64,000 nt of DNA. Origin: Candidatus Eutrophovita brisbanensis. Its GTDB lineage: Bacteria; Pseudomonadota; Gammaproteobacteria; Burkholderiales; Eutrophovitaceae. The position numbers were made by a program, and so were the translations under genes. How positions within the stretch are numbered: position 1 is the stretch's first letter; each line of letters begins with the position of its first letter. Below the pieces are notes generated by a model that saw only the letters and a list, made by a program, of their open reading frames with translations, was not told the DNA's origin and ran no database searches. Location: positions 577,437-641,436 of the forward strand of contig JAYQTM010000001.1 in assembly GCA_038147395.1 (NCBI GenBank), read 5' to 3'. Below, one piece after another: positions 48,917 through 60,981 of the stretch.

Positions 48917-50107
48917 ATGGCAAAGGGAAAGTTTGAGCGGACAAAGCCGCACGTGAATGTTGGAACGATTGGGCACGTTGACCATGGTAAGACGACGTTA
49001 ACTGCCGCTATTACGACCATATTGGCTGCGAAGCAAGGTGGAGAAGCCAAGGGTTATGATCAGATTGACAATGCGCCAGAAGAGAAAGCTCGTGGTATCA
49101 CGATCAATACTTCTCACGTCGAATATGAGACGGATAATCGCCACTATGCGCACGTTGACTGTCCAGGTCACGCTGACTATGTGAAGAACATGATTACGGG
49201 TGCGGCGCAGATGGATGGCGCCATTTTGGTTGTTTCAGCCGCAGATGGCCCGATGCCTCAAACGCGAGAGCACATTTTGCTTGCACGACAGGTTGGTGTG
49301 CCGTACATCATCGTATTTTTGAATAAAGCTGATCAGGTTGATGATGCTGAATTGCTCGAGCTTGTTGAAATGGAAGTTCGAGAGTTGCTCTCTAAATATG
49401 ATTTCCCTGGAGATGACACTCCAATCGTGATTGGCTCAGCCCTCAAGGCGCTTGAAGGTGACACGGGTGAGCATGGTGAGCAGGCGATCATGAAATTGGC
49501 TGAAGCCCTGGACTCATACATTCCAGAGCCACAAAGAACACTGGATATGGCGTTTTTGATGCCAGTTGAGGACGTATTCTCAATTTCAGGTCGAGGAACA
49601 GTGGTTACTGGTCGTGTAGAGCGCGGCATCATCACGGTTAACGATGAGATTGAAATCGTTGGCTTGAAGGATACAACTAAGACGGTATGTACGGGCGTTG
49701 AGATGTTCCGTAAATTGCTTGACCAAGGTCAGGCTGGCGATAACGTTGGTGTTCTTCTTCGTGGTACGAAGCGTGATGAAGTTGAGCGTGGTCAAGTGTT
49801 GGCTAAGCCTGGTTCGATCACACCACACGTTAAGTTTGAGGCTGAGGTTTACGTCTTGAGTAAGGAAGAGGGCGGACGACACACTCCATTCTTTAACGGT
49901 TACAGACCACAGTTTTATTTTAGAACAACGGATGTGACTGGCTCATGTGATTTGCCAGAGGGTACTGAGATGGTGATGCCTGGTGATAACGTGCAGATGA
50001 AGGTTACTCTGATTCAGCCGATTGCTATGGAAGAGGGCTTGCGTTTCGCGATCCGTGAGGGTGGTCGAACTGTCGGTGCCGGCGTTGTATCCAAAGTAAC
50101 CGAGTAA
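48917..50107 (+). CDS. tuf: Elongation factor Tu, copy 2 (tufA-like position after fusA)
   Basis: The translated protein is identical to copy 1. The nucleotide sequence differs at 20 synonymous sites. Confidence 0.98.
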   Translation: MAKGKFERTKPHVNVGTIGHVDHGKTTLTAAITTILAAKQGGEAKGYDQIDNAPEEKARGITINTSHVEYETDNRHYAHVDCPGHADYVKNMITGAAQMDGAILVVSAADGPMPQTREHILLARQVGVPYIIVFLNKADQVDDAELLELVEMEVRELLSKYDFPGDDTPIVIGSALKALEGDTGEHGEQAIMKLAEALDSYIPEPQRTLDMAFLMPVEDVFSISGRGTVVTGRVERGIITVNDEIEIVGLKDTTKTVCTGVEMFRKLLDQGQAGDNVGVLLRGTKRDEVERGQVLAKPGSITPHVKFEAEVYVLSKEEGGRHTPFFNGYRPQFYFRTTDVTGSCDLPEGTEMVMPGDNVQMKVTLIQPIAMEEGLRFAIREGGRTVGAGVVSKVTE

Positions 50108-50158
50108 TTGAGTAGACGCCTGGGTAGTAATTTTGTCAGTTTTGTGAAGAGATAATTA

Positions 50159-50467
50159 ATGGAAAACCAAAAAATCCGAATCCGTTTAAAAGCGTTTGAC
50201 TACCGGCTTATCGATCAGTCAGCGATAGAAATCGTGGAGACTGCGAAAAGAACTGGAGCGGTTGTCAAGGGGCCAGTGCCTTTGCCCACTCGTATTGAGC
50301 GATTCAATTTGTTGCGTTCTCCTCACGTTGACAAGAAATCTCGGGAGCAGTTGGAGATGCGCACTCATCAACGGTTGATGGACATCATTGATCCAACTGA
50401 GAAGACGGTTGATGCTTTGATGAAGTTGGATCTGCCTGCTGGAGTCGATGTAGAAATCAAGTTGTAG
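50159..50467 (+). CDS. rpsJ: 30S ribosomal protein S10
   Basis: [34 protein letters not shown]... Confidence 0.98.
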   Translation: MENQKIRIRLKAFDYRLIDQSAIEIVETAKRTGAVVKGPVPLPTRIERFNLLRSPHVDKKSREQLEMRTHQRLMDIIDPTEKTVDALMKLDLPAGVDVEIKL

Positions 50468-50558
50468 TAACAAATCTGGTTAGGTTAGTGATTTAACCTG
50501 GCTTAAATTAAAACTAGATCCGCCAATTGTAGTGGGTCCCTCATTTGAGGAAAGAATA

Positions 50559-51194
50559 ATGTCTATAGGAATGATCGGTCGTAAGATCGGAATGACGAGG
50601 TTATTCACTGAAAGCGGTGACAGTGTTCCCGTGACGGTGGTTGACGTGTCGAATAATCGAGTGTCTCAACTGAAAACAGTCGAGACCGACGGGTATGCTG
50701 CCGTCCAGGTCGCATACGGTCAACGGCGTCGGAGTCGCATCAACAAAGCGACTGCCGGACATTTAGCTAAAGCTGGTGTTGAGAGCGCCCGTGGTTTTCA
50801 CGAATTTAACGTTGCAAACCCAGAGTTTGAGTTAGGGCAGGCGATCGACGTCGAGCTTTTTGAGTCCACCGAATTCGTGGATGTTTCTGGTGTGACCAAA
50901 GGTAAAGGCTTTGCTGGTGCGATCAAACGTCACAACTTCTCGTCTCAGCGCGCAAGTCATGGTCAGTCGATCACTCACAACGCACATGGTTCCACTGGAA
51001 TGAACCAAGACCCCGGTCGCGTCTTCAAGGGTAAAAAAATGGCAGGCCATCTTGGATCGGTCAAGCGCACGATCCAGAATATCGCCGTGGTTAAGATTGA
51101 TAAAGAGCGCAACCTGATGTTCCTTAAGGGCGCTGTCCCTGGTTCCGATGGCTCAGATGTCGTCGTTGTGCCATCTGTTAAGAAGGGAGCCTAG
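50559..51194 (+). CDS. rplC: 50S ribosomal protein L3
   Basis: [31 protein letters not shown] 50559 follows GAGG; the track start 50532 is an upstream non-ATG extension. Confidence 0.96.
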   Translation: MSIGMIGRKIGMTRLFTESGDSVPVTVVDVSNNRVSQLKTVETDGYAAVQVAYGQRRRSRINKATAGHLAKAGVESARGFHEFNVANPEFELGQAIDVELFESTEFVDVSGVTKGKGFAGAIKRHNFSSQRASHGQSITHNAHGSTGMNQDPGRVFKGKKMAGHLGSVKRTIQNIAVVKIDKERNLMFLKGAVPGSDGSDVVVVPSVKKGA

Positions 51195-51197
51195 ACC

Positions 51198-51818
51198 ATG
51201 GAACTCAAGTTGATTAATGATACTGGGGTGGCATCTGGATCGGTCTCAGTCTCTGATGCGCTTTTCGCGCGTGAGTATAACGAGCCACTCATTCACCAAT
51301 TGGTCGTAGCTTTTTTAGCGAATGGAAGAAGCGGCACTCGGGCGCAAAAGGCTCGAGGTGACCTTAATCGCTCTCACAGAAAGCCGTGGAAGCAAAAAGG
51401 TACTGGCCGAGCCCGTTCTGGTTATGCTGGGAGTCCAATTTGGCGTGGTGGCGGCCGAGTGTTTCCGTCAAGTCCAGATGAAAACTTCTCGCATAAAGTT
51501 AACAAGAAAATGTACAAGGTTGGAATTGCGTCGATCTTGTCACAATTAGCGAGAGAGGATCGCATCGTGGTTGTTGATTCTTTTTCTGTCGATGTGCCAA
51601 AGACGAAGTTGCTCAACGAAAAAGTAAAGTCACTTGGGCTACAGAGCGCATTGATTATTGTTAACGAGCCAGATGAAAATCTTTACTTGGCAGCACGCAA
51701 CCTACATAGCGTAGATGTGTTAACCCCATCGCAAGCGGATCCTGTTAGCTTGCTTCACTTCGAGAAGGTGATCATCACCAAAGACGCGGTTGAGAGATTC
51801 GAGGAGGCTTTGTCATGA
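51198..51818 (+). CDS. rplD: 50S ribosomal protein L4
   Basis: 206 aa. ...[30 protein letters not shown]... Confidence 0.97.
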   Translation: MELKLINDTGVASGSVSVSDALFAREYNEPLIHQLVVAFLANGRSGTRAQKARGDLNRSHRKPWKQKGTGRARSGYAGSPIWRGGGRVFPSSPDENFSHKVNKKMYKVGIASILSQLAREDRIVVVDSFSVDVPKTKLLNEKVKSLGLQSALIIVNEPDENLYLAARNLHSVDVLTPSQADPVSLLHFEKVIITKDAVERFEEALS

Positions 51819-52132
51819 GCCAGGTCAAATTTAGTCAGGAGCGGTTGCTGAAAGTGATTTTGGGTCCGGTCGTTTCCGAGAAGAGTACCCAGGTCGCTGA
51901 TTCGAGAGGCCAGTTTGTTTTTAGGGTTGCGACTGACGCAACTAAAGCGGAAATTAAAAACGCTGTTGAGGTGTTATTCAAGAAAGACGTCGACAGTGTT
52001 CAGGTTGTAAACGTTAAGGGAAAGAAGAAGCGTACTGGCCAAAGAATTGGTCAGCGCAAAAATTGGAAAAAAGCTTACGTTTGTCTCAAGCCTGGGCAGG
52101 ATATTGACCTTTCTTCAGGGGAGATTAACTAA
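51815..52132 (+). CDS. rplW: 50S ribosomal protein L23
   Basis: [17 protein letters not shown]...; S10-operon order. Confidence 0.96.
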   Translation: MSQVKFSQERLLKVILGPVVSEKSTQVADSRGQFVFRVATDATKAEIKNAVEVLFKKDVDSVQVVNVKGKKKRTGQRIGQRKNWKKAYVCLKPGQDIDLSSGEIN

Positions 52133-52956
52133 TGGCACTCGTTAAAATGAATCCGACATCGGCTGGCCGTAGAGGTGTTGTCGCGGTCGTAGATAAGGAC
52201 CTTTACAAGGGAAGGCCATACTCTCCACTTGTTGAGGCGCTGAACAAGCGGGCCGGTAGAAACAATAAGGGACATGTCACCACGAGGCACCAAGGTGGTG
52301 GTCACAAACGTTTGTATAGGGTAATCGATTTTAAGCGAAATAAAGACGGAATCCCTGGTCGAGTTGAACGTCTTGAGTACGACCCGAATAGAAGCGCGAA
52401 TATCGCGCTGATTTGTTACGCCGATGGCGAGCGTAAATACATACTTGCGCCCCGTGGCGTCGGTGTCGGAGATCAGATCAACAACGGATCACTGGCTGCG
52501 ATTAAGCCTGGCAACAGTATCCCAATCAAGAACATTCCAGTCGGTACGACCATACACTGTATTGAGTTGAAGCCAGGAAAAGGTGCTCAGATGGCGCGTT
52601 CAGCTGGGGCCTCGGTTCAGTTGCTTGCCAAAGAGGGCCCCTACGCTCAGCTGCGACTTCGCTCTGGCGAGATACGGAAGGTTTCGATTGAGTGTCGTGC
52701 CACGATCGGTGAGGTCGGTAATAGCGAACACAGTCTACGCAGCCTCGGTAAAGCAGGTGCTAAGCGATGGAGAGGTGTCAGGCCAACGGTTCGAGGCGTT
52801 GCGATGAACCCAGTCGATCACCCTCATGGTGGTGGTGAAGGCCGAACTGGGACCAAGCGCGATCCAGTCAGCCCTTGGGGAACACTCACGAAGGGATTTA
52901 GGACGCGTAAAAATAAACGTACTCAGAACATGATTGTTCGACGTCGAGCGAAGTAA
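52132..52956 (+). CDS. rplB: 50S ribosomal protein L2
   Basis: ...[19 protein letters not shown]..., 274 aa. Confidence 0.98.
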   Translation: MALVKMNPTSAGRRGVVAVVDKDLYKGRPYSPLVEALNKRAGRNNKGHVTTRHQGGGHKRLYRVIDFKRNKDGIPGRVERLEYDPNRSANIALICYADGERKYILAPRGVGVGDQINNGSLAAIKPGNSIPIKNIPVGTTIHCIELKPGKGAQMARSAGASVQLLAKEGPYAQLRLRSGEIRKVSIECRATIGEVGNSEHSLRSLGKAGAKRWRGVRPTVRGVAMNPVDHPHGGGEGRTGTKRDPVSPWGTLTKGFRTRKNKRTQNMIVRRRAK

Positions 52957-52970
52957 GGGGTAGATTAGAT

Positions 52971-53252
52971 ATGGCACGATCACTAAAAAAAGGACCGTTC
53001 GTGGATCTGCATCTCATGCAGAAAGTTGAAAAGGCTATCGCGGAAAATAGCAAGCGGCCAATTAAGACCTGGTCAAGGCGTTCAACGGTTCTTCCTGATT
53101 TCGTTGGTTTGACAATAGCCGTTCACAATGGGCGCCAGCATATTCCCGTTTATGTTACTGAGAATATGGTGGGCCATAAACTTGGTGAGTTCGCCAACAC
53201 GAGAACTTTCAAAGGTCATGCGGCAGATAAAAAAGTCGCTGGTAAAAAATAA
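52971..53252 (+). CDS. rpsS: 30S ribosomal protein S19
   Basis: [20 protein letters not shown]...[27 protein letters not shown]. Confidence 0.98.
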   Translation: MARSLKKGPFVDLHLMQKVEKAIAENSKRPIKTWSRRSTVLPDFVGLTIAVHNGRQHIPVYVTENMVGHKLGEFANTRTFKGHAADKKVAGKK

Positions 53253-53267
53253 GAAGAGGGCTTGACT

Positions 53268-53603
53268 ATGGAAACATCTGCAAAACTTCGAGGTGTCAGA
53301 CTCTCTCCTCAAAAGGGGCGTCTGGTAGCGGATCAAATCCGCGGCCTATCAGTTGATAAGGCCCTAGACATATTGAGCTTCAGCCCAAAAAAGGGCGCGC
53401 AGATTGTCAAAAAGGTTCTTGAGTCTGCGATAGCTAACGCTGAGCATAATGATGGGGCGGATATAGACGAGCTCAAGGTGGCCACGATTTATGTTGAGAA
53501 AGGTCCGGTATTCAAACGATTTAGACCTAGAGCGAAAGGTCGTGGTGTGAAGATATTGAAGCCTACGTGTCACATTTTTGTGACTGTTGGTGACGGAGCT
53601 TAA
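53268..53603 (+). CDS. rplV: 50S ribosomal protein L22
   Basis: [26 protein letters not shown] aligns with the E. coli L22 start. ATG 53268 preferred over TTG 53262. Confidence 0.96.
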   Translation: METSAKLRGVRLSPQKGRLVADQIRGLSVDKALDILSFSPKKGAQIVKKVLESAIANAEHNDGADIDELKVATIYVEKGPVFKRFRPRAKGRGVKILKPTCHIFVTVGDGA

Positions 53604-53612
53604 GGAGCGAAT

Positions 53613-54329
53613 ATGGGACAAAAAATTAATCCGATTGGATTCCGACTCGGGGTTCAGCGTAACTGGAGTTCACGTTGGTATGCCACCGGTAGAGACTTCT
53701 CGGGTATGTTGCTTCAGGATATCGAAGTTCGTAAATTCTTGAAGAAGCGCTTGGCTCACGCATCGGTTGCGAAGGTCGTGATAGAGCGACCGACAAAAAA
53801 TGCGCGTATTACGATTCACAGCGCTCGTCCAGGCATCGTAATCGGTAAAAAAGGCGAGGACATAGAGATCCTTCGTGCTGAACTACAACGACTGATGGGA
53901 GTTCCAGTCCACCTCAACATTGAGGAGGTGAGAAAGCCAGAGATTGATGCACAGTTGATAGCAGATTCTGTTGCGCAACAGCTCGAGAAACGCATTATGT
54001 TCCGTAGGGCGATGAAGCGCGCGATGCAAAACGCGATGCGGTTAGGCGCTCAGGGAATCAAAATCATGAGCGCAGGCCGATTGAATGGTGCAGATATTGC
54101 GCGGATTGAATGGTACAGAGAGGGCCGAGTACCTTTGCACACACTTCGCGCAGAGATCGATTATGGAGTGTCCGAGGCGCTGACGACATATGGAATCATA
54201 GGAATTAAGGTCTGGATCTACCGCGGACAGGTGCTAGGCGCGAATGAACAAGCCTCGACGCCAGCTGATGCCGCTCCAGCGCCCAAAAAACAGCGAAAAT
54301 CAGGAGTGAATAATGCTGCAACCGTCTAG
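53613..54329 (+). CDS. rpsC: 30S ribosomal protein S3
   Basis: [24 protein letters not shown]..., 238 aa. Confidence 0.98.
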   Translation: MGQKINPIGFRLGVQRNWSSRWYATGRDFSGMLLQDIEVRKFLKKRLAHASVAKVVIERPTKNARITIHSARPGIVIGKKGEDIEILRAELQRLMGVPVHLNIEEVRKPEIDAQLIADSVAQQLEKRIMFRRAMKRAMQNAMRLGAQGIKIMSAGRLNGADIARIEWYREGRVPLHTLRAEIDYGVSEALTTYGIIGIKVWIYRGQVLGANEQASTPADAAPAPKKQRKSGVNNAATV

Positions 54330-54726
54330 AACCAAGTTTCGAAAGTACCACAAGGGGAGAAACTACGGTGTCGCTACTCGTGGTGCGAAGGTCTCGTTCG
54401 GTGAGTTTGGACTTAAGTCGATTGATCGGGGTAGATTAACTGCTCGACAAATTGAAGCAGCGCGAAGGGCGATGACTCGTCACATTAAAAGGGGCGGTAG
54501 GATCTGGATTCGGATCTTCCCTGACAAACCAATCTCCCAGAAGCCAGCAGAGGTGAGGATGGGTAACGGAAAAGGTAATCCAGAATATTGGGTTGCTGAA
54601 ATTCAGCCCGGTAAGGTTTTATACGAGATGGATGGCGTTCAAGAGGACGTTGCTAGAGAGGCGTTTCGGTTGGCTGCGGCAAAGCTACCATTGCGTACTG
54701 TGTTCGTTCATCGCCAATTGGGGTAA
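54313..54726 (+). CDS. rplP: 50S ribosomal protein L16
   Basis: [19 protein letters not shown]...; overlaps the rpsC end. Confidence 0.98.
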   Translation: MLQPSRTKFRKYHKGRNYGVATRGAKVSFGEFGLKSIDRGRLTARQIEAARRAMTRHIKRGGRIWIRIFPDKPISQKPAEVRMGNGKGNPEYWVAEIQPGKVLYEMDGVQEDVAREAFRLAAAKLPLRTVFVHRQLG

Positions 54727-54729
54727 ATC

Positions 54730-54927
54730 ATGAAAGCGAAAGATTTAGATAGTAAAACTGTGGTCGAACTGAACAAAGAGTTACATGATTTACTAAAGGC
54801 TCAATTTTCATTACGAATGCAAAAGGCGACACAGCAGCTAACCAATTCAAGCGAGTTGGGCAAAGTGCGTCGTGATATTGCACGCGTCAAAACCGTACTA
54901 GCCAAAAAGGTGACTGCCGATGTCTGA
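54730..54927 (+). CDS. rpmC: 50S ribosomal protein L29
   Basis: [37 protein letters not shown]. Confidence 0.96.
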   Translation: MKAKDLDSKTVVELNKELHDLLKAQFSLRMQKATQQLTNSSELGKVRRDIARVKTVLAKKVTADV

Positions 54928-55189
54928 GAATACCAAAGCCAACCGACGCCGCCTCATGGGGCGAGTTGTTTCAGATAAAATGGAAAAAACTGTCACCGTT
55001 CTTGTTGAGCGGCAAGTGAAGCACGCTCTCTATGGGAAATTCGTCAAGAAATCAACAAAATACCACGCTCACGATGAGGCAAACGAGTGCTCTATCGGAG
55101 ATACGGTGCTCATCGAGGAAGGTGTCCCTCGATCTAAAACTAAGACATGGTCCGTTGCGCGGCTTGTAGAGAAGGCCACGATCGTCTAG
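54920..55189 (+). CDS. rpsQ: 30S ribosomal protein S17
   Basis: ...[45 protein letters not shown]... Confidence 0.97.
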   Translation: MSENTKANRRRLMGRVVSDKMEKTVTVLVERQVKHALYGKFVKKSTKYHAHDEANECSIGDTVLIEEGVPRSKTKTWSVARLVEKATIV

Positions 55190-55217
55190 TCGGGTATTGT
55201 GTAGCAGGTATTTTTAT

Positions 55218-55246
55218 TTTACAATGTTCGGCTTTGTAAGTTTGAT
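55218..55246 (+). promoter_or_regulatory. Weak candidate spc-operon promoter in the 174-nt rpsQ-rplN spacer
   Basis: TTTACA (55218-55223), 17-nt spacer, TTTGAT (55241-55246; 4/6 to TATAAT). Based on position and a weak match only. Confidence 0.2.
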
Positions 55247-55363
55247 GCGGTGTTGATCGTCGTCTGACTTACGGGTCGAGAAGCAATTAACCCGGACGGG
55301 TGCCAATACTGTTCTGTCGTTTGTAACGACGGAGTAAGTTGGTTAAATGTAGGCGTATAACTT

Positions 55364-55732
55364 ATGATTCAAATGCAATCACGACTCCAGGTTGCTGACA
55401 ACACTGGGGCCCGGTCTGTTATGTGTATCAAAGTCCTCGGTGGCTCTAAAAGACGATATGCGGGTGTCGGAGACATCATCAAGGTGGCCATCAAAGAGGC
55501 AGCCCCCAGGGGAAGAGTGAAAAAGGGTGAGGTCTACAACGCGGTAGTTGTTCGTACGGCCTCGGGTGTGCGTCGTCAGGATGGCTCTTTGATTAAATTC
55601 GACGGCAATGCAGCGGTTCTCCTCAATACAAAACTCGAGCCGATTGGCACGCGTATTTTCGGACCTGTGACACGGGAGCTTCGTACAGAGAAATTCATGA
55701 AAATCGTTTCTCTGGCTCCGGAAGTTCTCTAA
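55364..55732 (+). CDS. rplN: 50S ribosomal protein L14
   Basis: [39 protein letters not shown]. Confidence 0.98.
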   Translation: MIQMQSRLQVADNTGARSVMCIKVLGGSKRRYAGVGDIIKVAIKEAAPRGRVKKGEVYNAVVVRTASGVRRQDGSLIKFDGNAAVLLNTKLEPIGTRIFGPVTRELRTEKFMKIVSLAPEVL

Positions 55733-55751
55733 CTCGCGCTAAGGACTAGTT

Positions 55752-56069
55752 ATGGAAAAAATTCGTAAGGGTGACAAAGTGTTTGTCACGGCAGGCAAGG
55801 ACAAGGGGAAACAGGGAACCGTGTTGCGTGTCTTATCCAACTCGACGGTGGTGGTTGAGGGAATCAATCGTGTAAAAAAACATGAACGAGCAAATCCCAT
55901 GACCGGAGCGGCAGGTGGGATTGTGTCTAAGGAGATGCCTCTTCAAAGGTCGAATGTTTTAGTCGTTAATCCTGCGACCAGCAAAGGTGATCGAGTGGGT
56001 ATTAAAACGCTTGAGGATGGTTCTCGCGTTCGCGTATTTCGTTCTAATGGCGAAATGGTTGATTCATGA
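55752..56069 (+). CDS. rplX: 50S ribosomal protein L24
   Basis: MEKIRKGDKVFVTAGKDKGKQGTVLRV (KOW). Confidence 0.97.
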   Translation: MEKIRKGDKVFVTAGKDKGKQGTVLRVLSNSTVVVEGINRVKKHERANPMTGAAGGIVSKEMPLQRSNVLVVNPATSKGDRVGIKTLEDGSRVRVFRSNGEMVDS

Positions 56070-56079
56070 AAGGTTCTGA

Positions 56080-56646
56080 ATGACTGACGGAGAAAAAAGC
56101 GCAGTGGACGCTCGGCTAGTTAAAGTTTACAAAGATGAGGTTGTTCCTGGGCTATTGAAAGAGTTTGGGTACAAAAGCGTCATGGAGGTGCCTCGCATCA
56201 CCAAGATCGTATTGAATATGGGCGTCGGTGAGGCGGTTGCTGACAAGAAAGTGTTAGAGCACGCCGTCAATGACCTGACTCTGATCGCTGGACAAAAACC
56301 AATCATCACGAAAGCGAGAAAATCGATCGCCGGGTTCAAGATCAGGGACGGATACCCCATTGGATGTAAGGTGACCCTGCGTGGTACGCGCATGTTTGAG
56401 TTTTTGGATCGCCTTATCTCCGTTGCAATTCCGCGTATCCGTGATTTCAGGGGAATTCCAGCGAAGTCGTTTGATGGTCGTGGAAACTTCAACATGGGTG
56501 TTCGCGAGCAAATCATATTTCCAGAGATTGAATACGACAAAATAGACGCTCTTCGCGGGCTCAACGTCACAATCACTACAACTGCGAAGTCGGATAAAGA
56601 GGCTCGAGCGCTTCTTTCTGCTTTCCGTTTTCCGTTCAGGAACTGA
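56080..56646 (+). CDS. rplE: 50S ribosomal protein L5
   Basis: ...[36 protein letters not shown]... Confidence 0.97.
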   Translation: MTDGEKSAVDARLVKVYKDEVVPGLLKEFGYKSVMEVPRITKIVLNMGVGEAVADKKVLEHAVNDLTLIAGQKPIITKARKSIAGFKIRDGYPIGCKVTLRGTRMFEFLDRLISVAIPRIRDFRGIPAKSFDGRGNFNMGVREQIIFPEIEYDKIDALRGLNVTITTTAKSDKEARALLSAFRFPFRN

Positions 56647-56653
56647 GGTTTAT

Positions 56654-56959
56654 ATGGCTAAAAAATCAATCATGAACAGAGATGCGAAGCGTCGTTCAAC
56701 CGTCGCCAAGTACGCAGAAAAACGACAGTCGTTAGATGCAGTTCTCAAGAACGCTAACGCATCTGAGGAAGAAAAGTACTTGGCCCGTATGGCGCTGCAA
56801 AAATTACCTCGTAACTCCAGTCCAGTGCGGCTTAGAAATCGTTGCGCGTTAACTGGAAGGCCTAGAGGTGTATTTAAAAAATTTGGTCTAGCCCGAGGGA
56901 AGCTTCGAGAAATCGCTATGCGAGGTGAAGTTCCTGGAATTATCAAAGCGAGTTGGTAG
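56654..56959 (+). CDS. rpsN: 30S ribosomal protein S14 (long, Zn-free type)
   Basis: [24 protein letters not shown]...[26 protein letters not shown]...IKASW. Confidence 0.97.
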   Translation: MAKKSIMNRDAKRRSTVAKYAEKRQSLDAVLKNANASEEEKYLARMALQKLPRNSSPVRLRNRCALTGRPRGVFKKFGLARGKLREIAMRGEVPGIIKASW

Positions 56960-56971
56960 GAGAGTGCAGCT

Positions 56972-57397
56972 ATGAGTATGAGTGATCCCATTGCTGATAT
57001 GTTAACGAGAATCAGAAACGCCCAGCTTGCTGAAAAAATTAGCGTGCGCATGCCGCTCAGCAAAGTCAAGAAGGCTATTGCTCAGGTGTTGATTGATGAA
57101 GGTTACGTTGATGGAATGAATATAGTCGATGAGTCGGGAAAGAAGCCTGAGTTAGAGCTATCTCTTAAATATTATTCAGGTCGACCTGTGATTGAAAAAA
57201 TCGAGCGAGTTAGCCGTCCTGGTCTGCGCATTTATAAGGGTGCGCAAGATATCCCTCGGGTAATGAACGGATTGGGGGTAGCAATCATGTCGACCCCTCA
57301 GGGTGTGATGACTGATCGGAAGGCTCGCAAAACCGGGATCGGCGGTGAAGTGCTCTGTATTCGTTGCCTAAATTTGGCTAACGATTGGCGCACTTAA
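56972..57397 (+). CDS. rpsH: 30S ribosomal protein S8, with anomalous 11-residue C-terminal extension as sequenced
   Basis: [22 protein letters not shown]...GIGGEVLC, then [12 protein letters not shown]. The +1 frame gives FVA*, the normal S8 ending. Confidence 0.93.
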   Translation: MSMSDPIADMLTRIRNAQLAEKISVRMPLSKVKKAIAQVLIDEGYVDGMNIVDESGKKPELELSLKYYSGRPVIEKIERVSRPGLRIYKGAQDIPRVMNGLGVAIMSTPQGVMTDRKARKTGIGGEVLCIRCLNLANDWRT

Positions 57398-57419
57398 GAA
57401 AATTAATCGGAGTATTCAA

Positions 57420-57953
57420 ATGTCACGTGTCGGTAAGAGTCCAATAACGATCCCATCAGGTACGCAGGTGTCAATTGTTGGGCAAAAGATTGAGGTAAAA
57501 GGCTCCCTCGGGGTGTTAGCTCGGGAGTTCAGTGATTTGGTGAAGGTTTCCCAAGATGGGGACACGTTAACGGTGAGTCCCGTTGATGATAGCAAGTCGG
57601 CCCGTTCGTTGTATGGAACCACGCGAGCACTTCTCGCAAATATGGTCACTGGTGTTAGCTCTGGCTTTGAGAAAAAGCTCACGCTCGTCGGCGTTGGTTA
57701 TCGCGCTCAAGCGCAAGGGAATAAACTGAACTTGTCACTGGGTTTCTCTCATCCGGTTGTTCACGATTTGCCAACAGGTGTCACGGCGGAGACGCCTCAG
57801 CAAACCGAAATCGTGATTAAAGGGATCGACAAGCAGTTGGTTGGTCAGGTAGCTGCTAATGTAAGAGGTTATCGACCACCCGAGCCATACAAGGGTAAAG
57901 GGGTTCGTTATGCAGATGAACGTGTGATCATGAAAGAGACCAAGAAAAAATAA
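57420..57953 (+). CDS. rplF: 50S ribosomal protein L6
   Basis: [31 protein letters not shown]...[14 protein letters not shown]. Confidence 0.98.
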   Translation: MSRVGKSPITIPSGTQVSIVGQKIEVKGSLGVLAREFSDLVKVSQDGDTLTVSPVDDSKSARSLYGTTRALLANMVTGVSSGFEKKLTLVGVGYRAQAQGNKLNLSLGFSHPVVHDLPTGVTAETPQQTEIVIKGIDKQLVGQVAANVRGYRPPEPYKGKGVRYADERVIMKETKKK

Positions 57954-57962
57954 GGTTGTGAC

Positions 57963-58319
57963 ATGTTAGATAAAAATTCCTCTAGAGCGCGAAGAGCCCG
58001 AAAAATAAGATTTAAAATTGCAAAGTCTGGGGCGGGACACCGATTGCAGGTCCACCGGACCAACATGCACATCTATGCCCAGATATTGGATCGCGATTCA
58101 AAAGTTGTTGTGTCTGCCTCCTCTGTGGAGGCGGCGGTCAAGATCGGTTCTTCAAACGGTGGCAATGTGAAGTCAGCTATAGATGTGGGCACGAGAATTG
58201 CCCAACGGGCAAAGGATAAGGGTCTCGAGCAGGTGGCTTTTGACCGGTCAGGTTTCGTTTATCACGGCAGGATTAAAGCACTGGCAGACGCGGCGCGTGA
58301 AGCCGGCTTACAGTTTTAA
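57963..58319 (+). CDS. rplR: 50S ribosomal protein L18
   Basis: ...[17 protein letters not shown]...[27 protein letters not shown]. Confidence 0.97.
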   Translation: MLDKNSSRARRARKIRFKIAKSGAGHRLQVHRTNMHIYAQILDRDSKVVVSASSVEAAVKIGSSNGGNVKSAIDVGTRIAQRAKDKGLEQVAFDRSGFVYHGRIKALADAAREAGLQF

Positions 58320-58328
58320 GGGGTAAAA

Positions 58329-58841
58329 ATGGCACGATCTCAAAATCAATCAGAAGAACGTTCAGACGGGCTCCGTGAAAAAATGGTTGCGGTCAACCGT
58401 GTCACGAAAGTGGTCAAGGGTGGTCGTATTCTCGGCTTTGCCGCGCTCGCAGTTGTGGGTGATGGTGACGGTGGGATCGGTATGGGCAAAGGAAAGGCAA
58501 GGGAGGTACCTGTCGCGATCCAGAAGGGCATGGAGGAGGCTCGTAAAAAGCTTTTTAAAGTAGCACTAAAAGACGGGACTCTTCAGCACAGTGTTGTGGG
58601 TATTCATGGTGCGGCAAAGGTATATATGCAACCGGCTTCTGAAGGAACTGGAATTATTGCAGGTGGGCCCATGAGAGCAGTTTTCGAGGTGATGGGTGTC
58701 ACGAATATCCTTGCCAAGTGTATTGGGTCGACAAACCCTTATAACGTCGTCCGTGCGACTTTGAATGGACTTGCTGCGATGAACTCGCCGTCTGAGGTTG
58801 CATTGAAACGAGGCAAGACGGTAGAAGAAATTTTGGAGTGA
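58329..58841 (+). CDS. rpsE: 30S ribosomal protein S5
   Basis: ...[47 protein letters not shown]... Confidence 0.98.
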   Translation: MARSQNQSEERSDGLREKMVAVNRVTKVVKGGRILGFAALAVVGDGDGGIGMGKGKAREVPVAIQKGMEEARKKLFKVALKDGTLQHSVVGIHGAAKVYMQPASEGTGIIAGGPMRAVFEVMGVTNILAKCIGSTNPYNVVRATLNGLAAMNSPSEVALKRGKTVEEILE

Positions 58842-58848
58842 TGTAATT

Positions 58849-59049
58849 ATGAACGCCGCCGTTAAGAAAGAGAACAACACGATCACGGTGACACTGGTAA
58901 AAAGTGTCATTGGTGCCAAGAAGAGCCACAGAGAAACTGTACGAGGTCTAGGTTTGCGAAGAATTCGACACACCGTCACGTTAGAAGACACGCCGTCGGT
59001 TAGAGGCATGGTTTCTAAGGTCGACTATCTCGTCAAGGTCGAGGGGTAA
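58849..59049 (+). CDS. rpmD: 50S ribosomal protein L30
   Basis: ...[43 protein letters not shown]... Confidence 0.95.
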   Translation: MNAAVKKENNTITVTLVKSVIGAKKSHRETVRGLGLRRIRHTVTLEDTPSVRGMVSKVDYLVKVEG

Positions 59050-59055
59050 CACGAA

Positions 59056-59496
59056 ATGAGACTAAACGATTTGAGCCCCGCAGAGGGCTCCAAGAAAAAC
59101 CGCATTAGGGTCGGTCGCGGAATCGGTAGCGGCAAGGGTAAAACTGCTGGCCGTGGACACAAAGGTCAACATTCGCGCGCTGGGGGATACCATAAAGTCG
59201 GCTTTGAGGGTGGTCAAATGCCCATGGCCAGACGTCTTCCAAAAAGGGGTTTTAGGTCTCTCAATCAGGGTTACACCCGTCAAGTTCGTCTCTGTGATCT
59301 AAACAAGTTAAGCGTAGAAGAAGTCGATTTGCAGGCGCTGAAAACGGCACAAATCATCCCAAATTTTTCATCTGCGGCGAAGATATTTCTGTCGGGAGCT
59401 TTGGAAGGCGATAGGAAATTTAAGCTAAAGGGTATTCGAGTGACAAAGGGAGCGCGTGCAGCCATTGAACAGGCTGGCGGATCTGTCGAGGAATAA
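59056..59496 (+). CDS. rplO: 50S ribosomal protein L15
   Basis: [38 protein letters not shown]. Confidence 0.98.
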   Translation: MRLNDLSPAEGSKKNRIRVGRGIGSGKGKTAGRGHKGQHSRAGGYHKVGFEGGQMPMARRLPKRGFRSLNQGYTRQVRLCDLNKLSVEEVDLQALKTAQIIPNFSSAAKIFLSGALEGDRKFKLKGIRVTKGARAAIEQAGGSVEE

Positions 59497-59499
59497 ACA

Positions 59500-60825
59500 T
59501 TGGCTTTAGGAACGAACAATAGGAGCGGCGGGGCGAAATACGGTGACCTTAAGAAAAGGTTACTGTTTTTGCTTTTTGCGCTTGTGGTTTTCCGGATAGG
59601 TTCTCATATACCAGTGCCTGGTATTGATCCTATTCAGCTTGCTGAATTGTTCCAGTCTCAGCAGGGCGGTATTCTCGGAATGTTCAACATGTTCTCGGGT
59701 GGGTCGCTCTCGAGGTTTGCAATTTTTGCATTGGGGATCATGCCCTACATTTCCGCGTCGATCATCATGCAGCTCATGACTGTGGTTGTTCCCACATTTG
59801 AGCAGCTGAAAAAAGAGGGTGAATCTGGAAGGAAGAAAATCACGAAGTACACTCGGTATGGAACTGTCGCGCTCGCAACGTTTCAAGCGATCGGCATCTC
59901 TGTTGCGCTCGAGTCCCAAGCAAATTTGGTTTTGGATCCCGGCTTGGCCTTCAGGTTCAACACGGTAGTCACGCTTGTCACTGGGACAATGTTTTTAATG
60001 TGGCTTGGAGAGCAGATTACCGAACGTGGTATAGGAAACGGGATATCGTTGATTATTTTTGCGGGGATTGCTGCCGGTTTGCCGACCGCGGTTGGCGGAA
60101 CCCTTGAGCTCGTTCGAACGGGTTCTTTCTCCATTCCACTTGTTATCGCGATATTCGTTGGTGTTATTGTTATCACTGGTGTCGTTGTGTTCGTTGAAAG
60201 AGGTCAACGCAAGGTTTTGGTTAATTATGCAAAACGACAAGTTGGTCGAAAAGTATACGGTGGTCAAAGCTCGCATCTTCCCTTGAAGCTCAATATGGCT
60301 GGTGTGATACCGCCAATTTTTGCGTCTAGTATTATTCTCTTCCCTGCAACCATCGCGGAATTTTTGGGTTCCAACGAAAGCCTTTATTGGCTTCGCGATA
60401 TCGGAGCTTTGCTGTATCCCGGGCAGATTCCTTATATGGTGGTTTACTCGTTGGCCATTATCTTCTTTTGTTTTTTTTACACAGCTCTAGTATTCAATCC
60501 AAAAGAAACTGCAGACAATCTGAAGAAAAGTGGTGCATTTGTGCCGGGAATCCGACCTGGTGACCAAACGACCAAGTACATTGAAAGGATTGTCACGAGG
60601 TTAACCTTCGTTGGCGCAATTTACATCACAATCGTGTGCTTGATTCCCGAGTTATTGATCGTTAAGTGGAATGTTCCCTTTTACTTCGGGGGAACAAGCC
60701 TTTTGATTATTGTGGTTGTGACGATGGACTTCATGCAACAAGTTCAGGCCTATGCGATGTCACACCAGTATGAAAGCTTGTTGAAAAAATCCAATTTAAA
60801 GGGTGGGGCTATTCCAACCCGTTAA
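59500..60825 (+). CDS. secY: Preprotein translocase subunit SecY (apparent TTG start)
   Basis: ...[28 protein letters not shown]...[14 protein letters not shown]..., 441 aa, 10 TM. Confidence 0.96.
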   Translation: MALGTNNRSGGAKYGDLKKRLLFLLFALVVFRIGSHIPVPGIDPIQLAELFQSQQGGILGMFNMFSGGSLSRFAIFALGIMPYISASIIMQLMTVVVPTFEQLKKEGESGRKKITKYTRYGTVALATFQAIGISVALESQANLVLDPGLAFRFNTVVTLVTGTMFLMWLGEQITERGIGNGISLIIFAGIAAGLPTAVGGTLELVRTGSFSIPLVIAIFVGVIVITGVVVFVERGQRKVLVNYAKRQVGRKVYGGQSSHLPLKLNMAGVIPPIFASSIILFPATIAEFLGSNESLYWLRDIGALLYPGQIPYMVVYSLAIIFFCFFYTALVFNPKETADNLKKSGAFVPGIRPGDQTTKYIERIVTRLTFVGAIYITIVCLIPELLIVKWNVPFYFGGTSLLIIVVVTMDFMQQVQAYAMSHQYESLLKKSNLKGGAIPTR

Positions 60826-60834
60826 GGAGAAATT

Positions 60835-60948
60835 ATGAGAGTTAAAGCCTCGGTAAAAAAGTTGTGTCGGAACTGCAAAATTATTCGCAGAAATAATGTC
60901 GTGCGCGTTATTTGCAAGGAACCTCGCCATAAGCAGCGACAGGGTTAA
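60835..60948 (+). CDS. rpmJ: 50S ribosomal protein L36 (Zn-ribbon type); below the ORF-track length cutoff
   Basis: Hand translation gives [41 protein letters not shown] lies 7 nt upstream. Lies between secY and rpsM. Confidence 0.93.
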   Translation: MRVKASVKKLCRNCKIIRRNNVVRVICKEPRHKQRQG

Positions 60949-60981
60949 AAACATTTAATAGTACTTTCAGAGAGATAAATT

